NCBI GenBank assembly: GCA_963805545.1
Contig: CAWDUU010000012.1
Location: 6,968-70,967, forward strand
Source: an uncultured Actinomycetes bacterium
Lineage (GTDB): Bacteria > Actinomycetota > Thermoleophilia > Gaiellales > JAICJC01
Length of the DNA stretch: 64,000 nucleotides
Direction: 5' to 3'
Both the position numbers and the translations under genes were made by a program. Of this stretch, positions 10,212-20,099 are shown piece after piece. Each line of letters starts with the position of its first letter. Position 1 is the stretch's first letter. A model generated the notes under the pieces. It searched no databases and had not been told where the DNA came from. It worked only from the letters and a program-made list of their open reading frames with translations.

Positions 10212-10619
10212 CGCCGCCGCGGCCTTGAGCAGGCGGTCGCCCATCGCGTACACGAGCGCGTGGTATCCGGCCGAGAGCACGGCGAGGATCACTCCGAGCT
10301 CCCCCTGGCCCGACGCGTACAACGCGCCGGCGGCGAGCCCGGAGATCGCCAGCTCCTCGACCAGGCGGAGCGGCTCCGCCAAGCTGCCCGCCCAACGGAA
10401 GTCCACGGCGCCCCAGATCCCAAATCCGGCCAGGGGGGCGCCGATTCCGAGCAGCGCCTTCGCGGCCGCGCCTCCTCCGGTCTCGTATCCCCAGTAGGCG
10501 AGCCCGGCGACGATGCCGGCTTCCATGACCGCGCGCAAGGTGAGCGGCACGGCGACCCGCGCGGTGATCGACCGCCTCGGCGGCGCGTGACGAGCGCCCG
10601 CGTCCCCGGAGTGCTCCAT
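10158..10619 (-). CDS. YrdB/DUF2568-like membrane protein
   Basis: LRAVMEAGIVAGLAYWGY...IGAPL...IWG...LRLVEEL, four hydrophobic segments; TACGAT upstream. Confidence 0.75.
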   Translation of the reverse strand: MEHSGDAGARHAPPRRSITARVAVPLTLRAVMEAGIVAGLAYWGYETGGGAAAKALLGIGAPLAGFGIWGAVDFRWAGSLAEPLRLVEELAISGLAAGALYASGQGELGVILAVLSAGYHALVYAMGDRLLKAAAASDSPDAPIHQQRHVGQL

Positions 10620-10683
10620 ACGACGTCCATCGTATCACGATGGAATTTGCACGCGGTCATGCCGGTCGGGTGCGGCCGGAAGG

Positions 10684-10773
10684 CGGAGGGGGAGGGATTC
10701 GAACCCTCGATGGACGTAAACCGCCCATAACGGTTTTCGAGACCGCCGCATTCAACCACTCTGCCACCCCTCC
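10684..10773 (-). tRNA. tRNA-Ser(CGA)
   Basis: Acceptor GGAGGGG/CCCCTCC, anticodon arm GCGGT-CTCGAAA-ACCGT, long variable arm, GAGGG-TTCGAAT-CCCTC; CCA not encoded. Confidence 0.97.
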
Positions 10774-10788
10774 GGGTGCGGGCCAATC

Positions 10789-10983
10789 TTAGTCGCCGAT
10801 GCCGCGGGTTCGGCCGGAGCGGCGTCGCGCGAGCAGCCACAGGAGCGTCCATACGACCATGTACCCGACCGGCGGCACCGCCCATTCCCACCCGCCTGCG
10901 ATGAACGCGAGCACCGAGAACGCGGAGAAGCTCGCGTAGAACGTCGCAGGGTGGTTCCAGGCCGTGCGAATCCTGCCGGGCAT
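10789..10983 (-). CDS. Small two-TM membrane protein (64 aa)
   Basis: MPGRIRTAWNHPATFYASFSAFSVLAFIAGGWEWAVPPVGYMVVWTLLWLLARRR; TAGAGT 7 nt before ATG (leaderless). Confidence 0.6.
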   Translation of the reverse strand: MPGRIRTAWNHPATFYASFSAFSVLAFIAGGWEWAVPPVGYMVVWTLLWLLARRRSGRTRGIGD

Positions 10984-11038
10984 CGCGCCGACTCTAGTGC
11001 GAAGCTCCGCCGGGGCGCGCTCCGTTACGCTTGCCCGG

Positions 11039-12211
11039 ATGGCCCACACGGCTCCGCCGGCCGCCGACCTGAGCGACGAGCAGCGCGAGATCCAGGCGCT
11101 CGCCGCCGAGTTCGCGCGGACCGAGATCCGGCCGGTCGCCGCCGAGGTCGACGAGCGCGACACCCACTGCCCGGTCGAGATCGTCCACAGGGCGGCGGAG
11201 GTGGGGTTGACGTCGTTCATGCTGCCCGAGGAGGTCGGCGGCGGCGGCGTGACCGACGTCCTCACCGGCTGCATCGTCCAGGAGGAGCTGAACTGGGGCT
11301 GCGCCGGGATCGGGAACCTCGTCACGTCGGGCGGCTTCTTCGCCCGGCCCGTGGTGGAGGTGGGGACGCCCGAGCAGCGGCAGCGCTGGCTCGCGCCGCT
11401 CTGCACCGAGACGCCGCCGCTGACGGCGCTCGCGGCCACCGAGCCGGGGGTGGGTTCCGACGCCGCGGCGATGACGACGGCCGCCGTCCCGAGCGGCGAC
11501 GGCTACCGCCTGAACGGCCAGAAGTCGTGGATCTCGAACGGCGGGATCGGCCGGTTCTACGTCGTCTTCGCGACGGTCGCGCCCGGCACGGGCTCGAGGG
11601 GCGTGACCGCCTTCCTCGTCGAGAACGGCGATGCGGGCGTCTCGTTCGGCGAGCCGATGAAGAAGCTCGGTCAGCGCGCGATCCTCTCGACGGAGGTCTT
11701 CTTCCACGACGTCGACCTGCCCGGCGACCGGCTGCTCGGCGAGGAGGGCAAGGGCTTCTACAGCCTCATGCACACGTTCGACGAGTCGCGCATCCACCTG
11801 GCGGCGGGGGCGGTCGGGATCGCGCGGGCGGCGCTCGACTACAGCGTCGAGTACGCGTCGAGCCGAAACGCCTTCGGGAAGCCCATCGGACGCCACCAGG
11901 CGGTGGGATTCAGGCTGGCCGACATGGCCACCCGCATCGATGCGGCCCGGCTCCTCACCCACCGGGCCGCCCGCATGATGGACGCCGGGCAGCACGTCCC
12001 CGCCGAGGCCGCGATGGCCAAGCTCTTCGCGTCGGAGGCGGCGATGTGGTGCACCTGGGCGGCGGTGCAGAACCTGGGCGGCTGGGGCTACTCGCGCGAG
12101 TACCCGGTCGAGAAGTGGATGCGCGACGCGAAGCTCGAGGAGATCGAGGAGGGCACCTCGGACATCCAGCGCCTCATCATCTCCCGCCGCCTGCTCGACG
12201 CCCGCGGATAG
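11039..12211 (+). CDS. Acyl-CoA dehydrogenase
   Basis: TEPGVGSD, LNGQKSWISNG, R.AFGKPI, GGWGYSREYPVEKWMRDAK...IEEGTSDIQR; TACGCT 7 nt upstream. Confidence 0.95.
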   Translation: MAHTAPPAADLSDEQREIQALAAEFARTEIRPVAAEVDERDTHCPVEIVHRAAEVGLTSFMLPEEVGGGGVTDVLTGCIVQEELNWGCAGIGNLVTSGGFFARPVVEVGTPEQRQRWLAPLCTETPPLTALAATEPGVGSDAAAMTTAAVPSGDGYRLNGQKSWISNGGIGRFYVVFATVAPGTGSRGVTAFLVENGDAGVSFGEPMKKLGQRAILSTEVFFHDVDLPGDRLLGEEGKGFYSLMHTFDESRIHLAAGAVGIARAALDYSVEYASSRNAFGKPIGRHQAVGFRLADMATRIDAARLLTHRAARMMDAGQHVPAEAAMAKLFASEAAMWCTWAAVQNLGGWGYSREYPVEKWMRDAKLEEIEEGTSDIQRLIISRRLLDARG

Positions 12212-12218
12212 CAGCGCC

Positions 12219-12251
12219 ACGCAACATTGGGGTCCGACCCCGGTGTTGCGT
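12219..12251. terminator. Hairpin between convergent genes (terminator or REP-like)
   Basis: ACGCAACATTGGGGT-CCG-ACCCCGGTGTTGCGT stem with G-U pairs. Confidence 0.55.
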
Positions 12252-13363
12252 CAGGCGGGGACGGCGCTTTCGTCGAGCGGCACCAGCGCGGCGCCCGTGT
12301 CCTCGAGCACGCGCAGGGCGTCGGCGGGGAGGTGGGCCTGCACCGCGGTGCCCTGCTTCCACGGGATCTCGGTGCCGACGTTCTGGACGAGGGCCTGGAT
12401 CGTCGTCCCGACCGCCAGGTGCACGATCACCTGCACCGAGTTTCCGAGGTAGACCAGCCGCTCGACCATGCCGGGGATGTGGTTCTGGCCCGTCGCCTCC
12501 TGCGGCTCGAGGTGGACGCGCTCGGGCCGGATCGTGACGCGCACCGACCCGCGGGCGTCGGTCTTGCCGCGGGTGGCGTCGAGCTCGAAGTCGCCGACCT
12601 GGAGCCGGCAGATGTTCGCCCCGCCGACGGCCTCGGCGTCCATCAGGTTCGAGACGCCGAGAAAGTCGGCCACGAAGACCGTGGACGGCTCCTCGTAGAC
12701 CTCCCGCGGCGGCGCCACCTGCTCGACCCGGCCGTCGGCCATGACGGCGATCCGGTCGCTCATCGTGAGCGCCTCCTCCTGGTCGTGGGTCACGTAGATG
12801 AACGTGATCCCGACCTGCTGCTGGAGCGCCTTCAGCTCGATCTGGAGCGCCTTTCGCAGCTTGGCGTCGAGGGCGCCGAGCGGCTCGTCGAGGAGCAGCA
12901 CCGCCGGCTTCAGGACGAGCGCCCGCGCGAGCGCCACGCGCTGCTGCTGGCCGCCCGACATCTGGGCGGGCTTTCGCTTCTCGAACCCGGTGAGCTGCAC
13001 GAGCTCGAGCGTCTCGGCGACCCGCTCTCGGGTCTCGTGCTTTCCGACCTTCTGGCGGCGCAGGCCGAACGCGACGTTGTCGGCCACGTTCAGGTGGGGG
13101 AAGAGCGCGTAGCTTTGGAACACCGTGTTCACATTGCGCTTGTGCGGCGGCGTGTAGGCCATGTCGTCGTCGTCGAGCAGGATCCGGCCCTCGGTCGGCT
13201 GCTCGAATCCGGCGATCATCCGCAGGGTCGTCGTCTTGCCGCAGCCCGACGGGCCGAGCATCGAGAAGAACTCCCCGCTCGGCATCTCGAGGTTGATGCC
13301 GTCCACGGCCGTCACCGAGCCGAACCGCTTCACCAGATCAACGAGTGTGACTTCGCCGGCCAT
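12251..13363 (-). CDS. potA: Polyamine ABC transporter ATP-binding subunit
   Basis: [56 protein letters not shown] tail. Confidence 0.92.
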   Translation of the reverse strand: MAGEVTLVDLVKRFGSVTAVDGINLEMPSGEFFSMLGPSGCGKTTTLRMIAGFEQPTEGRILLDDDDMAYTPPHKRNVNTVFQSYALFPHLNVADNVAFGLRRQKVGKHETRERVAETLELVQLTGFEKRKPAQMSGGQQQRVALARALVLKPAVLLLDEPLGALDAKLRKALQIELKALQQQVGITFIYVTHDQEEALTMSDRIAVMADGRVEQVAPPREVYEEPSTVFVADFLGVSNLMDAEAVGGANICRLQVGDFELDATRGKTDARGSVRVTIRPERVHLEPQEATGQNHIPGMVERLVYLGNSVQVIVHLAVGTTIQALVQNVGTEIPWKQGTAVQAHLPADALRVLEDTGAALVPLDESAVPA

Positions 13364-13375
13364 CCGTCAAATCTA

Positions 13376-14305
13376 CTAAATATCGAACGCCGCCATGTCG
13401 CCGACCATGCCGCCGCCGGCCCGCTCGCCGCGGGTGAAGTGGCGGTAGCCGAGGAACCCGGCCAGCACCGTCACCAGCGTGACGAGCACCATGATCGTCG
13501 CGATCGCGTTGATGGAGGGAAGCGGCGCCGCCCGCGTGGCGTCGTAGATCAGCATCGGCACGGTCACCGTGCCGCCGCCGCTCGACAGCCACTGGCTGAT
13601 CACGAAGTCGTCGATCGAGAGCGCGAACGTGATCGCCGCGCCGGCGACGATCGCCGGCGTCAGCAGCGGAAGCAGCACCCGGTAGAGCGCGACCGCCGGC
13701 GACGCCCCGAGGTCCGCCGCCGCCTCCTCGTACTGGCGGCCGATCGAGAACAGCCGGCCGCGCACGATCACGACCACGTAGGAGATCGAGAAGGTGATGT
13801 GTCCGAGCACCTGCGCGAACGTGCCCGTGTGGATGAACGTGAAGATGTGGGTGAACACCAGGAGCAGCGAGACCCCCATCACGATCTCGGGGGTGACGAG
13901 CGGGAACAGCATGATGAAGTTGGACGACCCCGCTCCGCGCCCGCGCCAGCGGGCCAGGCCCAGGGCGAGCAGCACGCCGATCGGGACGGCGATCAGGACG
14001 TCGGCACCGGCGAGCTTGAAGCTCTGGCCGAGCGCGTGGCGCAGGTCGGGGTCGTTCATCACCGAGTCCGACGGATCCCACGTGTACCAGCGCAGCGAAA
14101 AGCCCGACCAGATGGTCCGCGACCTGGTCGCGTTGAACGAGAACTGGATCGCGATCAGGACCGGCACGATCGACCAGACCATGTAGCCCCACGTGATGAG
14201 GACGAGGAACCGCGGCCGGCCCCACGGGTTCGCCAGCCATCCCCGCAGCCGGGTAACGGTTGAAGCCCGCTCCGCCGGCGCCGTTGCGACCGTGGCTCCG
14301 CTCAC
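13376..14305 (-). CDS. potC: Polyamine ABC permease
   Basis: FSFN...GFSLRWY, PEIVMG, EEAAADLGA, FALSIDDFVIS. Confidence 0.88.
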   Translation of the reverse strand: MSGATVATAPAERASTVTRLRGWLANPWGRPRFLVLITWGYMVWSIVPVLIAIQFSFNATRSRTIWSGFSLRWYTWDPSDSVMNDPDLRHALGQSFKLAGADVLIAVPIGVLLALGLARWRGRGAGSSNFIMLFPLVTPEIVMGVSLLLVFTHIFTFIHTGTFAQVLGHITFSISYVVVIVRGRLFSIGRQYEEAAADLGASPAVALYRVLLPLLTPAIVAGAAITFALSIDDFVISQWLSSGGGTVTVPMLIYDATRAAPLPSINAIATIMVLVTLVTVLAGFLGYRHFTRGERAGGGMVGDMAAFDI

Positions 14306-15195
14306 ACCGACTCCAGATCCTTGGTCGCCCGCGCGACGGTGATCATGTAGTAGCCCATGAGGACGACGAGGAAGAGCGACATCAGGATCGTGAGGGCGGC
14401 GCCGATCGTCGGCTGCGAGGTGTTGTGGAAGTAGAGGTCGATCTGGTTCCCGAGCATCGACGTGGTCGGTGCGCCCGAGACCAGGTTCGGCGTGTAGTAC
14501 TCGCCGAACATCGGAAGCGCGATCAGCACGCTGCCGCCCAGGATGCCGGTCTTCGACAGTGGCAGCGTGACGTGCAGGAACGCTCGGAACGGGCTCGCGC
14601 CGAGGTCACGGGCCGCCTCGAGCTGGGTCTTGTCGATCCGGTCGAGCGAGGCATAGAGCGGCAGGATGAGGTACGGGATGTAGCCGTAGACCAGGGCGAA
14701 GATGACCGTGGAGCTCTTGCCGTCCAGGAAGCCGTAGGGCTGGTCGAGGATGTGGGCGAACTGGAGGAAACGGTTCACGTACCCGTCGGGGGCGAGCAGG
14801 TTCACCCAGGCGAACATCCGCATCAGGTAGCTGATCCAGAACGGCAGGATGAGGAGGATCAGAAGCAGGCTCTTCGTCCGTGTGGCGTGGCGGGCGATGT
14901 AGTACGCGACCGGATAGCCGATCGCCAGGCTGAGCCCGAGGGACAGGAACACGTACTCACAGGTGCGGACGAACACCACCCACAGGTCGCCGCCTGGCTG
15001 GAGTCGCGTGAGCGCCTCGTTCACCCAGCCCACGTTCCAGTCCACCGGGTTCCAGATGGGAACGGCCGAGAGCAGGATCGGATCGACCGTGCCGAACGCG
15101 ACCCCGATGACGGCGTAGAACGGGATGACGAACAGGATGATCAGCCAGAAGACGCCCGGCAGGGCGAAACCCGGCCACAGCCAGCGTGGGTACAT
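14302..15195 (-). CDS. potB: Polyamine ABC permease
   Basis: GYPVAY, LPFWISYLMR, LPLYASLDRID...EAARDLGA, TLPLSK.G. Confidence 0.88.
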   Translation of the reverse strand: MYPRWLWPGFALPGVFWLIILFVIPFYAVIGVAFGTVDPILLSAVPIWNPVDWNVGWVNEALTRLQPGGDLWVVFVRTCEYVFLSLGLSLAIGYPVAYYIARHATRTKSLLLILLILPFWISYLMRMFAWVNLLAPDGYVNRFLQFAHILDQPYGFLDGKSSTVIFALVYGYIPYLILPLYASLDRIDKTQLEAARDLGASPFRAFLHVTLPLSKTGILGGSVLIALPMFGEYYTPNLVSGAPTTSMLGNQIDLYFHNTSQPTIGAALTILMSLFLVVLMGYYMITVARATKDLESV

Positions 15196-15214
15196 CGGCT
15201 AGGCGGCGGCCACC

Positions 15215-16538
15215 TCAGCCGCCCGTCTGGAAGTTCGAGTAGCCGTTCTGCCAGAGCGCGTTCCCCGCCGACGACAGCGTCATCTCCTGAAGCGAGTCGG
15301 GCCCGAAGTCCTCGTTCGTCAGAATCGACGTCGAGAGGTTCTCCGGCGGCGCCGTCTCGTTCGTCCCCCAGGAGGCGTTCCGCACCTTCCGCAACCGCTC
15401 GAGCATGCCGTTTGGCTCGATCTCGTTCAGCGGCGGTTGGTATCCGTTGAAGTTGATAGAAGTTCGAGGATGCGATGTCGTTTTCGAGCATCCAGTTCAG
15501 GAAGAGATGGGCCAGGACCGGCTTCTTCGTGGTCGAGCAGATGCTGAAGCAGTCGTTCTGCACCGGAACGTGCCCCTTGGGCGCCTTCCAGTAGGAGAGC
15601 GTGCTGGACGGGGTCTTGGCGGGCAGATAGTAGATGTAGCCCGAGATGAGGTCGCCGGACCAGGCCTGGTTTAGCCAGGCCGTACCCTCAGGCACTGCTT
15701 GATACTGAACATCGCCCACCTTGATGTTGCAGATGCCGTAGAGCTCCTTCAGGTCGGCGACCGCCTGGTTGATGAGCTTGGGATCCTCCGTGTTGATGTC
15801 GGTGATCCCCTTGCGCAGGAGCGCCATCGCGATCGTCTCGCGGTCCTCCGACAGCAGCGCGGTCTTGCCCTTGTAGTCCTGGGCCTCCCAGAAGATGTCC
15901 CACGGCTGCTGCATCGAGGCGATGTCCTCGGACACCTTGTCGTTGCGCCACATGATCCCGGTGGCGTAGGTCGTGTACGGCACCGTGTAGTGGGAGCCCG
16001 AGTCGTAGAACGGGCTCACGAGCTCGGGCCAGACGTTCTGCTTGAGGTTCGGGATGTAGTCCAGGTTGAGCGGCTTGATGAGCTTCCCGGCGACGGCCTG
16101 GTCGAGATGGTCGGGCGTCATCTCCATGACGTCCGGCTGCACCGAGCCGGCGGCCAGCTGCTGGATCCCGGCGGCGATGTTGTCGAACGGCGTGTACTGC
16201 ACGGTGACCCCGTACTTCGTGCCGAAGTCGCGCAGGAGCTTCTTCCAGAAATAGGCCGGATAGTTGAAGACGGTGAACGTGCCGCCCGTCTCGGGCTGGA
16301 GGCCCGACTCGATCGGGTCTTCCCACCGCGGCAGCGTCACGCGCCTGTCGGGCCGGGCCAGCGGAAGGCCGCCCGGGCCCACGAGCTGGCCGTGGCTGCC
16401 GGTCGCCCCGGTGGGCGTCGTCGAATTGCCGCACGCGGCGAGCAGCGAGCCCGCGCCCGACAGGCCGAGCGCCGCCCCGCCCGATCGCATCAGGAAGTCC
16501 CGCCGGGTGCCGCCGCGCTCCTTGGGGTGCAAGGTCAT
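15215..16538 (-). pseudogene. potD: Polyamine-binding Tat lipoprotein, one-base frameshift near 15455-15458
   Basis: TRRDFL and LLAAC signals; PY...ATGI, AWSGD, AHLFLNWM; after SNF the homologous NFNGYQPPL...PENL continues in a shifted frame to TGA at 15215. Confidence 0.8.
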
Positions 16539-16563
16539 CCGTCCCTCCCTCGGGTCGATCCAA

Positions 16564-17718
16564 TCATGCCAGCGCCGCCTCGCGCAAGGCGGAGATGCCC
16601 TCGACCTCGTCGTCGGTGACCGCGGCGGGGATCGCCGCCCGGACGAGGTCGTGGAAATGCTTGATGCCGTTCTCGCGCGCGCCGATCACGCCCGCCCGGT
16701 AGCGGCTCGACTCGAGCCCCTGCTGCACGCGCTCGGTGAGCTCGTTGTCCTCCTCCTGCACGAGGTGGTTGATCCGCGAGTTCAGCCTGCGCACCAGCCG
16801 GTCGCGCCGGCCCGAGGTCTCGGGAGGGCGAAACGCCTTCCAGATGGTGAGCGTGCGCCGCTCGTCGAGCGGGTAGTTGAGCCAGAAGTCGATCTGGTCG
16901 GGGTACAGGTTGACCGTCGTCCCCGGGAACGCGAACACGAAGTTCCACTGCTCGCACTCCGGGGCCCGCAGCCCGGGCATGGGGCGCATGAGCCGCTGGT
17001 AGAGCCGCTCGCGGCGGTCGTGCGAGGCCTTGTCGCGCATCGGGCTGCGCGCGATCGACACGTTGGCGCCCGACGTCTCGACGAGATAGTTCTTGTAGTC
17101 GAGCATGCGCAGCAGGCCGGGATGGCCGACGGGCACGTGGTAGCCCTCGAGGAAATTGTCGATCGAGTTCTTCCAGTTGATGGGAAGCACGTTCGACCCC
17201 GTGTCGTAGCCGATGAGGCGCTCGGGGCGATAGGGCGCGAGCCACTCCGCGAATGGCCCCAGGGCGACGTCGAGCGGCTCCGGCTCGGCGGCGAGGTTGG
17301 CAAAGACGAAGCCCGCCGAGACGCCGACGTGCACCGGCCACAGGCCGTTCTCCTCCCGCTCGAATCCGGGGAACCCGGTCTTCTCGGGCACCGCCAGCAG
17401 GCGCCCGTCGAGGCCGTACGTCCAGCCGTGGTAGGGGCAGCGGATCGCCTTGCCGCAGTTGCCCGCGCCGTCGAGGATGCGCGCGGCCCGGTGGCGGCAG
17501 ACGTTCGAGAACCCGCGCAGCTCGCCGTCGGCGCCGACGACGACCGCGATCGGCTCGCCCGCGATCCGCATGCTCACGTAGTCGCCGGGCTTCGCGAGCT
17601 GGGAGACGTGGCCGACGAGGAGCCACTGACGCGTCCAGATAGCGCGCCGCTCGGCGCGGTAGAACTCGGGCGAGCGGTACACCCAGGCGGGCAGGGTGCG
17701 GATCGGCCCCTCGCTCAT
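16564..17718 (-). CDS. Rieske non-heme iron oxygenase alpha subunit (CntA/choline monooxygenase-like)
   Basis: CRHR...CPYH Rieske ligands; NWK...DNFLEGYHVPVGHP; QEED...VQQGLES; ATGA overlap with tetR. Confidence 0.9.
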   Translation of the reverse strand: MSEGPIRTLPAWVYRSPEFYRAERRAIWTRQWLLVGHVSQLAKPGDYVSMRIAGEPIAVVVGADGELRGFSNVCRHRAARILDGAGNCGKAIRCPYHGWTYGLDGRLLAVPEKTGFPGFEREENGLWPVHVGVSAGFVFANLAAEPEPLDVALGPFAEWLAPYRPERLIGYDTGSNVLPINWKNSIDNFLEGYHVPVGHPGLLRMLDYKNYLVETSGANVSIARSPMRDKASHDRRERLYQRLMRPMPGLRAPECEQWNFVFAFPGTTVNLYPDQIDFWLNYPLDERRTLTIWKAFRPPETSGRRDRLVRRLNSRINHLVQEEDNELTERVQQGLESSRYRAGVIGARENGIKHFHDLVRAAIPAAVTDDEVEGISALREAALA

Positions 17719-18329
17719 GCGGCCCTCCCCTTGGCGGCCTTGGCCGGGCCGAGCTCGCGCTCGGCGGTGGCCACGAGGTCGCGGCGCAGGTCGCGCGCCG
17801 AGCGCAGGCCGAGCAGCGCCTCGCGGCCCCAGTCGTTGACGCACGCCGCCAGCCGCCGGGCCGCCGGCCACGGCTCGACCGTCGCGGGGATCGAGCCGTC
17901 GTCGATTCCCTCGGCGATCAGGTCGTGGATCTGCTCGAGCCAGCGCCGGTGCGACCCCTCCACGAGTACGCGGGCGCCGGCGCTGTGGGCGGCGTACTGC
18001 CACATCTCGTTCCAGACGGCCCAGTTGGCGCGGATGGCGGGGTCGTCGCCGGCCCAGGTCGCAAACAGCTTCTCGACCCGCCCGCGGCCCGTGCCGATCG
18101 CCCGCAGCTCGGCCTCGGCGACGGCGTCCGCCAGGTCGTCGGCGTGCGCGAACGCCTGCTCGATCACGTCCGCCCGGGCCGGGAAGTAGTAGTGGACGAG
18201 CGCGGTCGAGACCCCGGCCTCGCCCGCCACGTCGGCCACGCGCAGCCGCGCCGCGCCCGCCTGGGCGATCACGCGGCAGGCGGCGTCGAGGATGGCATGC
18301 TTGCGGTCGGAGGCCGGCTCGGTCATCAT
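17715..18329 (-). CDS. TetR-family regulator (BetI-like)
   Basis: ILDAACRVIAQ.G...VADVAGEAGVSTALVHYYF. Confidence 0.92.
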   Translation of the reverse strand: MMTEPASDRKHAILDAACRVIAQAGAARLRVADVAGEAGVSTALVHYYFPARADVIEQAFAHADDLADAVAEAELRAIGTGRGRVEKLFATWAGDDPAIRANWAVWNEMWQYAAHSAGARVLVEGSHRRWLEQIHDLIAEGIDDGSIPATVEPWPAARRLAACVNDWGREALLGLRSARDLRRDLVATAERELGPAKAAKGRAA

Positions 18330-18337
18330 TGCCAGGT

Positions 18338-18357
18338 CTGACTGACGGATCAGTCAG
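18338..18357. promoter_or_regulatory. Palindromic operator, probable TetR site
   Basis: CTGACTGA-cgga-TCAGTCAG in the 36-bp gap between divergent operons. Confidence 0.8.
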
Positions 18358-18365
18358 GATACACC

Positions 18366-18746
18366 ATGACCCAGACGCCCGTCCGTGACCGCTGGCTCTT
18401 CCTGACGCCCGAGTCCGAGGCCGTGCTGCCGTCGTCGGTCGCGGCGCTCGCGGCCGCGCTCGGGGAGCCGGGCCGGTCCGAGAGCGACGAGCGGGCGGCG
18501 CTTGAGCGGATCGTCGTCGAGGGCGGATACGGGGAGTGGCTCGCGTACCTGAGGGATCGCAGGATGCTGCTCGAGCGGTACGTGGAGCGGCAGGGCGCCG
18601 ACGCGCTCTCGGCCCTCGTCGCCGACGTCCTCATGAACCACTGGCTGCTCGCGCTCACGGTGCCGGGCGAGGAGGAGGCGGCCGAGACGGAGCGCTCGCG
18701 GATGGGCGACCTCGTGCGCCGGATGGGAAGGCTGGGGCGGCGGTGA
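18366..18746 (+). CDS. Hypothetical helical protein
   Basis: 126-aa ORF with host-like codon use; GTGA overlap with amine oxidase. Confidence 0.75.
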   Translation: MTQTPVRDRWLFLTPESEAVLPSSVAALAAALGEPGRSESDERAALERIVVEGGYGEWLAYLRDRRMLLERYVERQGADALSALVADVLMNHWLLALTVPGEEEAAETERSRMGDLVRRMGRLGRR

Positions 18747-20047
18747 GCGACGTCCTGGTGGTGGGCGCCGGCCTGGCCGGCCTCGCGGCGGCCCGCGACC
18801 TGCACCGGGCCGGCGCCGACGTCCTCGTGCTGGAGGCCCGCGACCGGCCGGGCGGGCGGGTCGAGCAGACGACGCTTCCGGACGGGCGGATCGTCCAGCT
18901 GGGCGGCGAGCTCGTCGGCGAGTTCCACACCGCGTACCTGGAGCTGGCCGCCGAGCTGGGTCTGACGCTCCGCCCGAGCTACGTCGCCGAGCCCGGCGAG
19001 ATGACGTTCGACCTCACCGACGGCGTCCACGTCGGCGACGAGCACCCGTGGATGACCGACGCCGAGCGGGCCGACGCCGGGCGGCTGGCTGCGCTGGCCG
19101 GCGAGCTCGCCGCAGGCATCGATCCCGACGACCCGTGGAGCCATCCCGACGCGGCCCGGCTCGACCGGCTCTCGGTGAACGGCTGGCTGCGCGAGCAGGG
19201 CGCGCTGCCGGCGGTGGTGCGGGCCCGCGAGCTCGCCCACCTCAGCCTCTCGGGGGGATCGGGCGAGCGGACGTCGCTGCTCTCGGCCCTGCGGATGGAT
19301 GCGGTTGCGGGGGCGCTCGGCGTCTACGACCTCGATGCGTGGGAGTCGATGACGGTCGCCGAGGGGAGCGCCACGGTCGCGCTTCGAATGGCGGAGGAGC
19401 TGGGCGCCCGGCTGCGGCTCGGGGCGGTCGTGCGCCGGATCGCGGTCGACGGCCGCGTGACGGTGACGCTCGCGGACGGCGAGCGCCTGGAGGCCGAGGC
19501 CGTGGTCTGCGCCGTTCCCGCCGGGCCGCTGCGCGACATCGCCGTCGAGGGGCTGTCGCCCGCACGGCTCGAGTCGCTGCATCGCCAGCGGCACGCCCGC
19601 GCCGGGAAGTACGCCGTCGCCTACGCCGCATCCTTCTGGCGGGCGCGGGGCCAGAACGGCCTCGCCGAGAGCGAGAACCTGTTCGGATCGACCTGGCCCC
19701 AGGGTGAGGGGCTGCTCTCGGTCCTCGTCCCGCCCGAGCGGCTGCTGCATCACGTCTCGGCCTCCGGGCCCGTGCGGCGGGCCGAGCTGCTCGCCGGCCT
19801 CGAGCGCATCTTCGGCCCGGACGCCGGCGACCCGGCCGCTGTCATCACCCGCGACTGGGGGCTCGACCCGTTCACCCAGGGCTACGTGACGCAGTGGGCG
19901 CCGGGCGACGTCATGGCCGTCGGGCCGCTGCACGGCACCCACGAGCCGCCGTTCTACGTCGCGGGGTCGGACCACTGGGTGGCGGGCTACATGGAGGGGG
20001 CGGTCCGCACCGGCCGGTCGGCGGCGAGGGCGATCCTCGAGCGGTGA
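18743..20047 (+). CDS. Flavin monoamine oxidase family (putrescine oxidase-like)
   Basis: DVLVVGAGLAGL...LEARDRPGGR; DW..DPFTQG; GYMEGAVRTG. Confidence 0.92.
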   Translation: MSDVLVVGAGLAGLAAARDLHRAGADVLVLEARDRPGGRVEQTTLPDGRIVQLGGELVGEFHTAYLELAAELGLTLRPSYVAEPGEMTFDLTDGVHVGDEHPWMTDAERADAGRLAALAGELAAGIDPDDPWSHPDAARLDRLSVNGWLREQGALPAVVRARELAHLSLSGGSGERTSLLSALRMDAVAGALGVYDLDAWESMTVAEGSATVALRMAEELGARLRLGAVVRRIAVDGRVTVTLADGERLEAEAVVCAVPAGPLRDIAVEGLSPARLESLHRQRHARAGKYAVAYAASFWRARGQNGLAESENLFGSTWPQGEGLLSVLVPPERLLHHVSASGPVRRAELLAGLERIFGPDAGDPAAVITRDWGLDPFTQGYVTQWAPGDVMAVGPLHGTHEPPFYVAGSDHWVAGYMEGAVRTGRSAARAILER

Positions 20048-20099
20048 GCAGCCCGGTGGCGGCGCGTCCCGCCCGGCCGGCGTGACAGCATTGGGCGGC

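Noticed and set aside
15193-15213. In-frame GTG GCC GCC GCC TAG CCG ATG before potB, suggesting readthrough
   Set aside because: ATG 15195 gives a complete permease; no other recoding evidence.
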